A stretch of DNA of 64,000 nt from assembly GCA_020536535.1 (NCBI GenBank), contig JAHLWZ010000016.1, forward strand, positions 124,001-188,000, written 5' to 3'. Positions 13,471 through 29,064 of this stretch are shown here, piece by piece. The notes beneath the pieces are model-generated. The model searched no databases, was not told the origin of the DNA, and saw nothing but the letters and a program-made list of their open reading frames with translations. Both the position numbers and the translations under genes were made by a program. Within the stretch, counting starts at the first letter, position 1. Each line of letters begins with the position of its first letter. This stretch comes from Pelomyxa schiedti. Lineage: Eukaryota > Protista > Evosea.

Positions 13471-15037
13471 TCATAGCGTCTCCCGAAACATTTTCCCCAA
13501 CAGCAAAAACATTGCGTGACTCCACGCCAGATTTGGAGCAGGGTGCCCATGCTCGGAAATCCAGCGATTTTTAGCATGCACATCAAACACAGTTTCGTCC
13601 CGTATTTCCTGGTGATGTGTTGAGTTAGTTTCCCTTATCATTGAGTGTGGTAGTTGTTTGCTTGGATTTGAATTGTGGGAGTGGGAATGCACCTGTTCCG
13701 GGAGCAGACAGCGATTGCTCTCCATTCTCATCAGTGACATTGCCCAGAGGAGGGTGGACTCTGCCCGGCGCGAGTCCCGAGCTATGCAGGCCAGCCAGAG
13801 GCCCAGGATGATCCAGGCGCCGCCGCCGTAGTAGGTGTCCCCTTGGTAGCGGCGAACTCCCCAGCAGTTGGTAGCGGCTGGATTCGGGACAGTGAGGTCA
13901 CTTTGTATCATGGCGATGGTATTCTGCATGGCCGGATGGGATGGGTCCACTACGTTGAAGGGGTACTGCAGCCACAGGAGACTGGCATCAACCTGTGATT
14001 GAAATTAGCTAGCTGGTTGGATGAACTAACAGCCACGCAGAACTCACTTGGTCTCTGGTCGGGCCTGAAGGGTCAGCGGATACCCACTGGCATAAAGTAA
14101 GTTTTGGGAAGCGAATCATAACGATACCTTTCTAAAGTAGGGGCCGCGGGCGTTGTGGCCAATGCACCGTTGATTGAGAAATGCCTCGATTCGTTGGAGA
14201 ACCTTTGGAATTCTGGTGTCAGCTACCCAGACAGAGATGTCACGCAGTCCAGCGTATACACAAGCAAGCGTACTTGGGTGTAAAACTCGTTGACCTGGAG
14301 GTCCGAATTCCTCCCAGCAATCATAGCAAGGCTCATCCCAGAAATTGACAAGGAAAGTGGTGACAAGCTACAAGAATTGAGTTTTTCGCCGAGATGAAGA
14401 AGATGCCTACCTCAAGGGAGGTGCGAATCTTGGAGATAAACATGTTGGCAGTAGTGTCGTTCAAATAGCTCTTTGCATGATATGCGGCTCCCCAAAGAAA
14501 GGCTCCTAAGGAAATTTGTTTTAATGTAACTGGATAATATTGAAGACGGCAGTAGAACAAACCATAGCCGTCAATCTGAAACGAACCCCTACATCATTGT
14601 GAAATGGATGAGTTGATTTGAAGGAATTGGTACCATTCGCCAGGGACTTCCTTCCCATCTACTGTAAACCTAGTATGAGGAAACATACCAGGCGGGATAG
14701 GGTGGCCGTCAGTCCTGGAGTGCAAAGCAGCCATTAAGGCCATGAATTTGTGTTGATACTCCAAAATCACACTGTGGACCCAGAAGTAGAAATTCTTGGC
14801 CTCAGGGCAAGACCCACCACCTGTGTGTTGAGTATCCCATAAGCATTTAATTTATTCCAACAGACTCACGTAACTGTAAACGTCCAATGCATAGGCACAA
14901 AAAGTGCCGTCACGCAACCAGCAGTACTTGTACCAATCAAACGCGTCAGACGCAATTATGGCACCTGTGCTCACGTCCCTAAGGTGCACTTTGAGCTCCT
15001 TATAGCTAGCCTCCATCCTCTCGTTAAACAGCTCCAT
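13471..15037 (-). CDS. Glycoside hydrolase family 15 (bacterial-type glucoamylase / isomaltose glucohydrolase-like)
   Basis: GAIIAS...YKYCWLRDGTFCAYAL, HTRFTVDG, FQIDGYG, DCWEE (catalytic acid), VDASLLWL, GVRRYQGDTYYGGGAW, LLPEQ and LAWSHAM; interrupted by introns. Confidence 0.9.
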
Positions 15038-15190
15038 CGTCGATGCTCACCCCTCCGTGGTCAAAACCAACTTTTTCTCAGTAGTTCCTCCGGAAACGTT
15101 GGTTTTTGTCTAGACGGCGTTGTCGATCTCAGAAAGAAACAAAAAAGCATTTCTCTTCGGTTGCGACGCTACCGTAGCCCGGGGTTTCTT

Positions 15191-15660
15191 TTAGTGAGCC
15201 AGTTGACTGATGCTTATGTCGGGTGTTTCAGAAGAGTACGGAAGACGAACGCAGACACCACTGTGCTGTCCCTGCACGTGTGCCTCTGTGTGCCATACAG
15301 TTCCACAGGTCGTTCTCATCTGCCCATTTGAAGTCAGTGGTGAGTGACATGCAGAAGAAGAAGCACTCATTGCCACACAGAAACCCGCGCAACCTCCCGG
15401 TAGAAACCGCCGGACTGTGGCACCGTCTCGCTGGGCCTGTCGTCGCGCGGCATCCACGAGATCTCGCGCCATCGCCTTGGCTTGTGTTTCCACCACGTAA
15501 TCCCAAAGGCACCCCGAGTACGGCGTGCGCCTGCCCCGCCACCGCCACGGAACCACAACCCCCCGCCGCGGCGGCCCGGCGACGCCAGTGCCAGTGCCCG
15601 CAGCTGCGTCGCAACATCATACTGGATGGAGGTGCTTTTCTTTTGTGTTGGCCCCATCAT
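15191..15660 (-). pseudogene. Possible frameshifted remnant of a lineage-specific gene family
   Basis: GC-rich coding-like segment. A plausible protein reads DVATQLRALALASPGRRG in one frame and CLWDYVVETQAKAMARDLV in another, with the shift near a G-run at about 15560. Confidence 0.25.
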
Positions 15661-15756
15661 TTACACAAGGCTAACGGGTTTTCGTTTTATGTTTTCTTTT
15701 GCAACACGCTCGTCAAATTCGTTGTTTCACTGTTCTATGTCGATTTTGACTGCAGT

Positions 15757-15828
15757 TTCATAAGTCCATAAGTTCATAAGTTCACCCACCACATGGCTTA
15801 GATGGCTATCATAAGTTCATAAGTTCAT
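15757..15828. repeat. Short tandem repeat of an 8-nt unit (CATAAGTT) in two clusters
   Basis: ttcataagtccataagttcataagttca ... tcataagttcataagttcat. Confidence 0.7.
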
Positions 15829-16970
15829 CAACATTCAATACTCCTCATCATCCCTGATTTTGGCGGAAGGTTTGTTCCATTCCAGCAGTTCCATTAAATA
15901 TGTGTTCCAACTCAATAATAATTTGCTCTCACAAACTCCATAGCTAGTAGCAGGAATTCTGGCCAAAGGCAAGTATTTTCCAAATAGGCAGAGACTTGAG
16001 TGCTTTGCTCTATTATTACCCCTTCCCACTTTTTTGTTTAATATTATCCAACCGGTTCTTATTGGCATCACATTGTGTATCCATTTTGTTGTTTTGGCCT
16101 TGGGGTTTTGAAATGAAAAAGGAAGTGCACTATTGAAAAAAAATTCAGTTTTTTTTATTTGTTGTTTGTGCAAATGTTTCAGTGAGGATGTGATGTTTGG
16201 GGGACAGAGGGCAGGAGGGGGTTCTTTTGGTAACAGTGGCAGTCAGTTTATGCTCCCATCAGCAGTGGTGTTGCATTTTATAAATGCTTCAGTGACTCTC
16301 TGTGAATTTAGAGCTGTTTCTCCATGACGAGTCCAGTGAGACCAGATTGGTGCCACTGGAAATCAACTCCCATCCACCATCTTGGGTGATGCTGAAGGTA
16401 TGAGCACCACTCATGACTGTGTCAATAATGAAAAAGCTCCATTTGGAGCTCCAGAACTTTGTCAGGGTATGTTCATCATGAGTGCTTAGAACATAAAGGT
16501 GTTGTGCAGCCTGTGAATCTCTTGTATCAATTACCAAGAAGTGGTGGGCTTGGGATGGAGTGGAGTCACTCAAAAGATACAAGGAGTTGATTTTTTTGTC
16601 CATTTTGTTGAAAGTAGTGCCCCAGAAATAGTGTGTTGGGCTGAGTACTGCATATGAATGGGGATGAGTTCACCAGTCATCCTAAGTTTGAGGAACCTGA
16701 ATGGTGGTGAGAGTGCAAAACTCACCCACATGTTCTGTTTTCATTACACTGGTCATCGGTGAGTGCATCCCACAACGTAAAGTACTCAATGCTGACAGCT
16801 TCCCAAGAGTTGCCAAACCTCTCTCTTCAGTGGTCCCTTTGCCTCTCACATTGCCTTTTCGATTCCTGTGCCACCCAGGTTCAATGGACACTCGGTGGGG
16901 CCCATACTGTGTGGGAAATTACAGCACAGTTGATACAGTTTCTCTTTCTTGATCTTGTTTATTGTTCTCT

Positions 16971-17133
16971 GGCTTTGTCATCACACAACAAACTACACAT
17001 CCCACATAAGCACACAGAGATGGGAGTGAAAAAACTGCCAAATGGCTGAATAAAAAAAACACCAGACCACTGATCCTGAGTGACAATTGTGTGTTTATGT
17101 GGGATGTGTGGTTTGTTGTGTGATGACAAAGCC
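16971..17133. repeat. 46-bp inverted repeat with a 71-nt spacer (hairpin or MITE-like)
   Basis: 16971-17016 is the reverse complement of 17088-17133 with 2 transitions; weaker pairing extends to about 16941/17158. Confidence 0.9.
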
Positions 17134-17377
17134 AAACAGAGAACAAGAAAGAAAGAGATTGTATTATTTGTTCTGTTTGTTTGTTGTTTGTTTCGATTTG
17201 TGGGGTTTAAGTCGCGATTCTAAGGTCGGAGAGTGTCGGGCTTAAAAGGACTTGAAAGCGAGGTAGATTTCCGCGAACTTGATTTCCTAAGAGGTAAGGT
17301 CCGAGTGCTGACTCGGCAGGTCAGTCTCTCAGTCTCGGTGTTCGTGCTCGTGCTCGCAGAGAGTTTGTTTGTGTATT

Positions 17378-17477
17378 NNNNNNNNNNNNNNNNNNNNNNN
17401 NNNNNNNNNNNNNNNNNNNNNNNNNNNNNNNNNNNNNNNNNNNNNNNNNNNNNNNNNNNNNNNNNNNNNNNNNNNNN
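17378..17477. other. Scaffold gap (100 N)
   Basis: Run of N. Confidence 1.
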
Positions 17478-17684
17478 ACTATCTCAGCACCCTCACGTCA
17501 CACCAGCCTGCCCTTCTGCATTCCTCTCCTACTTACTGTGTTCTACAATCTGCAAGTGAGTTTCACCAAAAAAAAAAAATGTTTTGCACATACACAACAG
17601 CGCTCCACTCCCTTTGGGGAGAAGAAGAGCAATAAGAATAATGATACTAGTCCTAGACACTGACCTCAATAAATAGCGTTCTGT

Positions 17685-17771
17685 GGAGCGGCGTTGTAGC
17701 TCAATGGTAGAGCGCCTGGGTTTCAAAACCAGGACGTGAAGCGAGGTTCGATTCCCGCCACGACCGTTCCA
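17685..17771 (+). tRNA. Atypical tRNA-like gene, anticodon loop centred on TCA (possible UGA-reading tRNA, pseudo-tRNA or tRNA-derived ncRNA)
   Basis: A box/D arm TAGCTCAATGGTAGAGC; anticodon arm CCTGG-GTTTCAAAA-CCAGG; B box/T loop GGTTCGATTCC; outer stem GGAGCGG/CCGTTCC followed by A; oligo-T downstream. Confidence 0.7.
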
Positions 17772-17772
17772 C

Positions 17773-17782
17773 TTTTTTTTTT
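17773..17782 (+). terminator. RNA polymerase III oligo(T) terminator
   Basis: T10 immediately after the tRNA-like element. Confidence 0.65.
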
Positions 17783-17917
17783 GAAAAAGAGAAAATCCTA
17801 CTGCAGCTTTTTTGTTTTCAGAATGATATTTCAAAGGCATCCAAAAAAGGACCTCCTTGTTGTTGGTGTTTTCCCTACAGTCTGCATGTGATGGCTTGAA
17901 TCACAGTTTGTGAGATA

Positions 17918-22266
<4,349 letters not shown>

Positions 22267-22473
22267 TTTTTTATTGTATGTAAAATAAAATTTCGATCTA
22301 TTAGCTATTCAAATCTACAATCAAATGGCAGAAGTGGTTTCCCGGACGATGATGAGAAAACCTCCGTCGGTGTTGGCCTCAGCATAAATTAAAAAAAAAG
22401 CTGTTGGTGGAACAGCGTAACGCGTGTGAGGCGTATTTTGTAGATAGTGTATATACAATAAGGACGGATCTCA

Positions 22474-23046
22474 ATGTCGTCACGTACGGAGAAGACGAAG
22501 ACGGGGGGCAGTGGGGAACGTTACTGGCAAGTTTTCTTTGTGCCGAAAGATTGTGTCAGTAATCCGACGTCATACGTCGCGTACTGCCCGTACACCCACA
22601 TCCTTGGTGAAGGAGACACTGTGAGGGAGGCAGCTACAAGATGGCGTAAGGCTGCGAAACGCGTCTTGCAATCAAACTGTGACATTCCAAAATACATGCT
22701 CATTCCTACAAAACTATTGTATGCTGCGTTTTGCATTCAACGTTTGAGTATGCTTCTCACTTAAAAAAATCAAACTTGACAGGTATGGGGAAAAGGACGG
22801 AGTTCCTTTCTATGCGATTTCTTGCCTCAAGAACTCGAAGCGGACTTATGACATATTCTCACCAAAGGTCAACGTGGGTTTTCCTTTTGTTACTTTAGAC
22901 ACTCTTCTTATCTTCTTCAGGCTCTGGATATTCCCTCTACAAGCTTACCAAGTGTGTGGATTGACTGGAATGTGCAGTGTACTCCACGCACTGTCATAAA
23001 TGAGCCGGCGGACCTAACCTCAATTACGCCGAACTGTATTAACTAG
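22474..23046 (+). CDS. Small protein (151 aa) with an N-terminal HicB-like domain
   Basis: Exons 22474-22718, 22783-22867 and 22921-23046 splice in frame (GT-AG). YWQVFFVP...SYVAYCPYTHILGEGDTVREAATRWRKAAKRVL...DIP resembles the HicB pattern Y.A.CP.L......GDT.EEA......A....L....IP. Confidence 0.6.
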
Positions 23047-23224
23047 GGGATCCAGCACCACAGTTTTGTAAATAGCCTACTATCCAACCACACATAATAC
23101 AACAAACAAACAAAAAGAGAAAAACCAAATCCCCACAGAGATAACTAAGAAAAAAAAAAAATAGTCTATTATTGGTTTTAACAAAATGGGAGGTGGTAAC
23201 AGTAACTTTTGGGTTACTTATGGT

Positions 23225-25170
23225 TTAAACTTTGTCTTCCATTTCAACCTCTGCCCCAACAGGAGCGGCCCTGTCGAGGTCCGTGTCCCAGTCGGGCATG
23301 TGCCAGGACTTCATGTCGTGGTAGAAGTTGTCGGGCTTGCCCATCAGGAACGGGATGCGAAGTACCAGGCCTGTTATGGTTCCACCAACAAGGGCCATGC
23401 CGAATGTGACTCCAATGCCGGCAAGCTGGGATTGGGTAGGGAATTAGTACCAAAAAAGGGGTGGAATGTTGGGTTGGTTACCTGGAGAAGAGCCTGGTCG
23501 CTGGAGCTTCTGCCTTCTCCCATTCTCGGGTAAACAACTCCGATGTTGACCAGTGCCTCGGGTTCTGTTGGGCCCCAGTCTTCCCACTTGACCATTGCGG
23601 CGGAGATAACAGCACATAATCCACCAAGAAGACCCGGCATACCATGCAAATTATGCACCTACAAGGCTCATCAGTGATTGCCTGAGGGAGAAGGGGACGT
23701 ACTCCGCAGGTGTCATGTAGCCCAATATGATTCTGTAAGAACGGCTGAAGATACCGGAATCCAAGAGTGCTAACGGATCCCGCAACAATACCAATTGCCA
23801 TAGCACCGACGAGATACAGGTTCATACAGGCTGATGCTCCAATGGCAACACCTCCAGCAAGGGTGGCATTTTGAATATCGACCTGACCACTATAAGATCT
23901 ACTAGTAATCAGGGAGAGGATACCATGTCAAAGTGGTGTCCAGGCCTTGTGATTTGAGACCAGGCGAATGCTACAACACAGCATGCGGCTAAGCTGACTG
24001 CTGTATTAAGAATTGTTCGTTCTTGTTTCGAGTTTTCCCCGGCAAGTGCGGCATTGAAACTGGGCCACATAATCCAGAGGAATATAGTTCCTGTTTTGAG
24101 ATGTTAGACATAGAGTAGAAAAGAAGTAGTACTCTATATATTAATTCGTGGAATTGCCTTGTACCAATCATCGCAAAAAGATCTGAGTGATACACGGACC
24201 CACAGTCATCATTGGTTTTTGCAGGCTTGGGAGATACAATTCTACTCACGGTGAGCCCAAAGTAAGCCCCAAATGCGTGGATGACAAGTGAACCTCCAAT
24301 GTCTGCACAAATAAACAAAAAAAAAGTCAATGCTACGAAACAGGAATTGGAGGTTCCCAACCTACAATCTCCAATTCTCTCTCGAGGATAACTTTATTTG
24401 CACCATAGATAATCAGATGCATCATAGTCATTATAGTAAGTTGAACAAGGGAGGTCTTCCCAATCACAGCGCCAAATGCAATCATTACAGAACCAGCGGC
24501 GAAATCGCCCTCAATGATCCTGTTGGGCCATTGTAAGCACAGAAAACAAAAAGAAGAAAACTGAGTGTGCGTTGCTGTGAGGGAGGCATTTAGGTACACA
24601 CGATTCAATGTCAATAGGTATCTTATGCCATTCGCCAGCACTAACACAGTTCCAGAAACCATTCACAAGCATCGCCCACTGAAATGCCAATGCAGATAGG
24701 AAGAAGTTGAATCCCACGGCACTGAAGCCGTACTTCTTCAGGAAAGTCATCAAGAATCCGAATCCCACGAATATCATGACGTGCACGTCGCTGAAGTAGG
24801 TGTATTCGTGCAGTCCCTCGTAATCATGGTCATCAGGATCGCCCATTGTGGGTTGTGCATCCGGAGCATATTGCGCACAAGCTCCAAATAGAATCAAGAA
24901 TAAGCCTTGACATGCCAACTACGGGTATTCGGGGAATACATTTGAGTATAGGAAAAAACCAAAACAAACAGAACGTAACAGAACAGAAACAAGCAAAGAT
25001 AATACGTATTGTACGGCGGTAGCAAACAACAATAACAACAACAACAAAAAAAAACAATTGGCGTCAATTTTTTTTTGGTTTTTAAAAGAGGTTTTGTTGT
25101 AGGTGTGGAAACCCACTGCCAAAAGAGCAAAACTGTCGGACTGAGCGAGTTTGATTGGGTTAAACTGCAT
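23225..25170 (-). CDS. Rhesus (Rh50-type) ammonium/CO2 channel
   Basis: [74 protein letters not shown] and [19 protein letters not shown]. Confidence 0.96.
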
Positions 25171-25544
25171 TCTTGTTCAAAAAAGAGACCGGGCCGGCGA
25201 CGAGCGATGTTAGGGTGATTGAGAAATTTTGTTTGGCTTCTTCTTGTTGCTCAAAGAAGAAAAAGAAAACGACAACGCGATGAGGAAAAAACTTCCTTGA
25301 AGAGCAAAAGCTGAGAAGGAAAAAATGGCGGGCGTCTAGAATTTTTAACCACTGTGGGTGTTCTCCAGGAGTTTTCCTCCATTTTTACGCTTCTTAGAAC
25401 AAAGACTGATCAGATCAAACCCCGGTAAACGAACGAGGATGACATAAACACAAAAAAACAAGTCAAATTTGACTTGGCACGGAACAGACCTCCACGTGGG
25501 CCCGGATCTGATATCTTCTGCGACCAGACCACCACCATCCTCGG

Positions 25545-26345
25545 TCAGGGCGGCATCTTCGCGATTGCCTTTGACTGCACCGTCAAGTTTTCCAGGATTA
25601 TGGGATTGCGCAGCACCATCAGCTTGTACTCCTCAAACGAGATCCTGCCGTCGTGATTGATGTCCACTTCGCTGAAAGTAGCGTCCAAAACCCTGATGAT
25701 CTGGTCCTCAGACAAATGCAGGGCGCCGAGATTGACGAGAGAAGCTCGCAGCATTGACATGAGCTCCTCTTTGCTTATGTAGCCGTCACCATCAATGTCA
25801 TACACGCGGAATGAAACTGTGCTTTTCGGTTGTTATATTGGGACAATGCCCCCATCTCCATTGATATATTCATTATTGTGAAGTGGTGTGAAATGCAAGT
25901 GTATGCAGTAGATATTTAAAATTGTGAGGGAGGAGTGGTTACGTTCCAATTTCTCATCTCTGTTGGCTCTGTCACAAAATCCGGATAATCCGTGCACGAA
26001 CTCGTCAAAAGACAGCAGAGAATCGTGATTACTATCAAAAATGGTAAATATGCGGTCCACAAAGACGGAATTGACTCCAGCGCCCAAGGCCTGTCTGAAC
26101 TCGTTCTGGTCAATGACGCCATCCCGTTGTATGGATGAACTAATTCTCTTATAGTGGTGATACAAAGCCGTCACTTCCGCCTCAGAAACTGTGTCAAGAA
26201 AACACGTTTGTTCGGGACCCGGTTTGAAACGAAACACAGTCTTAAAAAAACAAAAAAACGAAAGTTACATACAGTGAGTAGTTTGAGTGTACTGTTGTAG
26301 TTGTCTTTTGCTAAGTGGTGGTTCCCTTGCTGGTTTGTTGCCCAT
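25545..26345 (-). CDS. Calcineurin B-like EF-hand calcium sensor with a possible N-myristoylation start (MG)
   Basis: MGNKPARE...FSEAEVTALYHHYKRISSSIQRDGVIDQNEF, DSNHDSLLSFDEF, FSFRVYDIDGDGYISKEE and DINHDGRISFEEY. Confidence 0.92.
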
Positions 26346-26982
26346 TTGAGTTGTATTGGTGGAAAATTGTACAATGTGAGGTTGTGGTTGATGCCAACAG
26401 ACACCAACGTGCGCGTTATTGGTTATTTTTATTTTCTACGCGAACAAGGTTGCTTTGGTTTGCATTTTCGTGAATTTTTCAAGCCCTTGAACTCCTTCTG
26501 CCGAAGAAGAAACCTGCACAAATCGAAGAATTAGGGATGTACCGAAAAGTGAGTTTCTCCGACGTTCCCGCCCTTTGTCGGTCAAAGTGCATGTCGCCGA
26601 AGAGGACAACTTCGGCTAATTGCGTTGAAGGGACCGCGTGTTGCTGTGGGTTGGTTCTCTTGGTGATTTGTGTTGGTTGTTTTGTTGTGACAGTTGAGTC
26701 AACACTGCTTTTGCCTGGAACTGGGTCCCATAATCTGAAAGCAGTTTCAACAACCAGTGGTGGCCGTATCCACCCGCTCTCTCTTCGGTTTCACAATCTC
26801 AGTTGTGAGGCAGGCGACCACCACGACATTACCATCATTGTTCAACACGCCGGAGTTGGTTCAAGAAGAAGAAAATTTGATTTCAATCGAACCGACACAA
26901 ACTGGCTGCAACAACAACTTCCAGCTCCAAATCCTCCGCACGAACTGGCGACTCGGCTGCTCAGTGCCCACCTGCAGGCAAA

Positions 26983-27897
26983 GTGAGCCTGGGCTTGTTT
27001 GGCGACACCGGGGCGGGCAAGACGACGCTGTGCCAGCGCCTCATGGAGCTGTCGACCGACTCGCAGTCCGCGTCGAGCTCGAGCGTGGCCGAGGGCGAGG
27101 ATGTGTACGTGACCATGTGCGGGGGCCGCATCATGGCGCGCCAGGCTCGGTGGCCCTGCCCCACAATCCCATCAGGGGCATCTTCCACCCCTAAAAAGGG
27201 AACGAAGAGGAGCTCCAAGTCCCGCCAGGGCGGCTCCTCTGCTTCGTCCTCTACCTCAACAGCGGCGGACGATGATACAAATGACAATACAGTGTGTGGG
27301 GAGGTGTGGGACTATTGGGTCAAAGATGCTTCTTCAATATCTACAAGGATCTGGAGACAGGCAAACGGTACGAGAATTCTGAAAAAACAACCAACACTAG
27401 AAATGTATGAAGAAGAATGTCTTAAGTTCACAATTGCCCTGTAAATGTTTTCTGATACCTTTACCTTTTCTTTTTGTTACCTGGACAGCTGAATTGATTG
27501 TCCTTGACTTGTCTGTCGAAAACGAAATGGATAAAGTGGAGCATTGGACGCGCGAAATCGAAGCATACAATTCTGAACCAAAGGTGCTGTTCCTGATAGG
27601 CAACAAAACAGACTTGCCTTGCCTAACACCGCAGGAATTAGTTAGAGATTATGCAAATTCTCATTCACTCAAGTACTTTGAAGTGTGTTCTGTCTATTCC
27701 GAACCTCCCAGTTCCCGTTAACACCTTCACAGATTAGTGCAATGACAGGTGAAGGCGTGGATGTTATGCTGATGGAGATAGTGAGAGACGTTCTTATACT
27801 TCTAAAAAAACGGGAAAAGCCACCAGGTGACGAAATACGCGTCAGAACACCAGCAAAGAAACCAGCAACTTCTGCTGATAAATGTAATCTAATGTAA
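26983..27897 (+). CDS. Atypical Ras-superfamily small GTPase with CAAX; 5' end unresolved (possibly from ATG 26537)
   Basis: G1 GDTGAGKT, G4 IGNKTD, G5 ISAMTGEGV and C-terminal CNLM; the G3 region reads WDYWVKD. Confidence 0.75.
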
Positions 27898-27967
27898 ACT
27901 AGTCTCGAGAAAGAGATAGTGTCAATAAGCATTTATTATGTCCGCGGAAAAAAGTGCCTAGTACTGG

Positions 27968-28849
27968 CTAGCACACTTTCTTGGGGCCCAGCTGGAATTC
28001 TGTGGGATTAAAAAGCATACTCAGAAATGGTCCATGAAAGAAGTGCAAGGTATTCACGACTGCATGGAAAATAATCCCACTGGTTGTCCAGAGTGCAAGC
28101 CAAAGACCACAGTCATAGTCGAAAATCTCGCGCCAGTGTGACAAGTAGAGATATATTATCCAGGGTCCCCACAGAACCCGGAAAACAAACCACAAGACTG
28201 CAAATATGAATCCTGCAATGCGGGCAAGCAGTAGGAGAGCCTTGTTATATGAGTGGCGGCACATTCTTCCCAGACAAAACCATATTGCATTGATAGGAGA
28301 GGTCAATTCCATGAAATAGACACCACAACCGATCCCATGTGCATGGCCTGTGGACTGAGTTGCCACTATCAGAGTTATTGTAGGGTGTGCTGTGATACCA
28401 GTAGAATGCATGTCAGAGTTATAACAAGAATATGGTGAACGAGGATAATCTCCCAGTGTTTTTCTTTGGACCTACATATGGAAATAGTATCACAGAGAAA
28501 ATACCTTACGGAATGTTAGTACCTCACTTTCTATGCCAATTAACTTGCAATTACCCAATGGACATTGCCATTACGTAGGGCATCCTTGGGTGACTGTTTA
28601 TGAAAGGGTGCTCGTAAATGGATGGGAAATTCCAAGAAAGCATAATAATATTAACAGAAACGATAGAGCTGTGGAAAAATGTTTTCATCCTATTAGGAAA
28701 ACAAGATAGTTAGTACTGATAAACCTGCAATAGAAATTTACCATGAACACCACTCCAACTGTGTCTGTCTGTCCAATTTGTTGTAGTGAGGAACCATTTT
28801 GGCCACAAATGGGCATATTAACACTTCCAATACCTATCAACGCCTTCAT
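27968..28849 (-). CDS. TLC (TRAM/LAG1/CLN8) domain membrane protein; start approximate
   Basis: HSSIVS, YFLCD, LVHHIL, MELTSP, LWFVFRV; C-terminal KKVC fits the KKxx ER-retrieval signal. Confidence 0.75.
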
Positions 28850-29064
28850 GTTAATTAAATGCCACAACCTCGAGCAAAAATAAACAGTGTGATTCCCATC
28901 ATAACAAATGACACACGGTGTAAATAACGAATGAAAAGCCAATCACAGGGAACAACTCCCTGGGCACCGAGAACGTGTCATCTATTATTCTCATTCCCAA
29001 CCAAAGAAAAACGAAACTTTTTTTTTCCCACTTTTCTGTGAAACAAAGGTTCTTTCGACTTAGT

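Noticed and set aside
15835-16952. Short ORFs as a transposase or reverse transcriptase
   Set aside because: No catalytic motifs recognisable; kept only as a CpG-depleted relic.
17685-17771. Canonical tRNA-Sec, or genome-wide UGA reassignment
   Set aside because: No long variable arm or Sec-type D arm; conserved genes end in TGA, and the in-frame stops I checked fall in introns.
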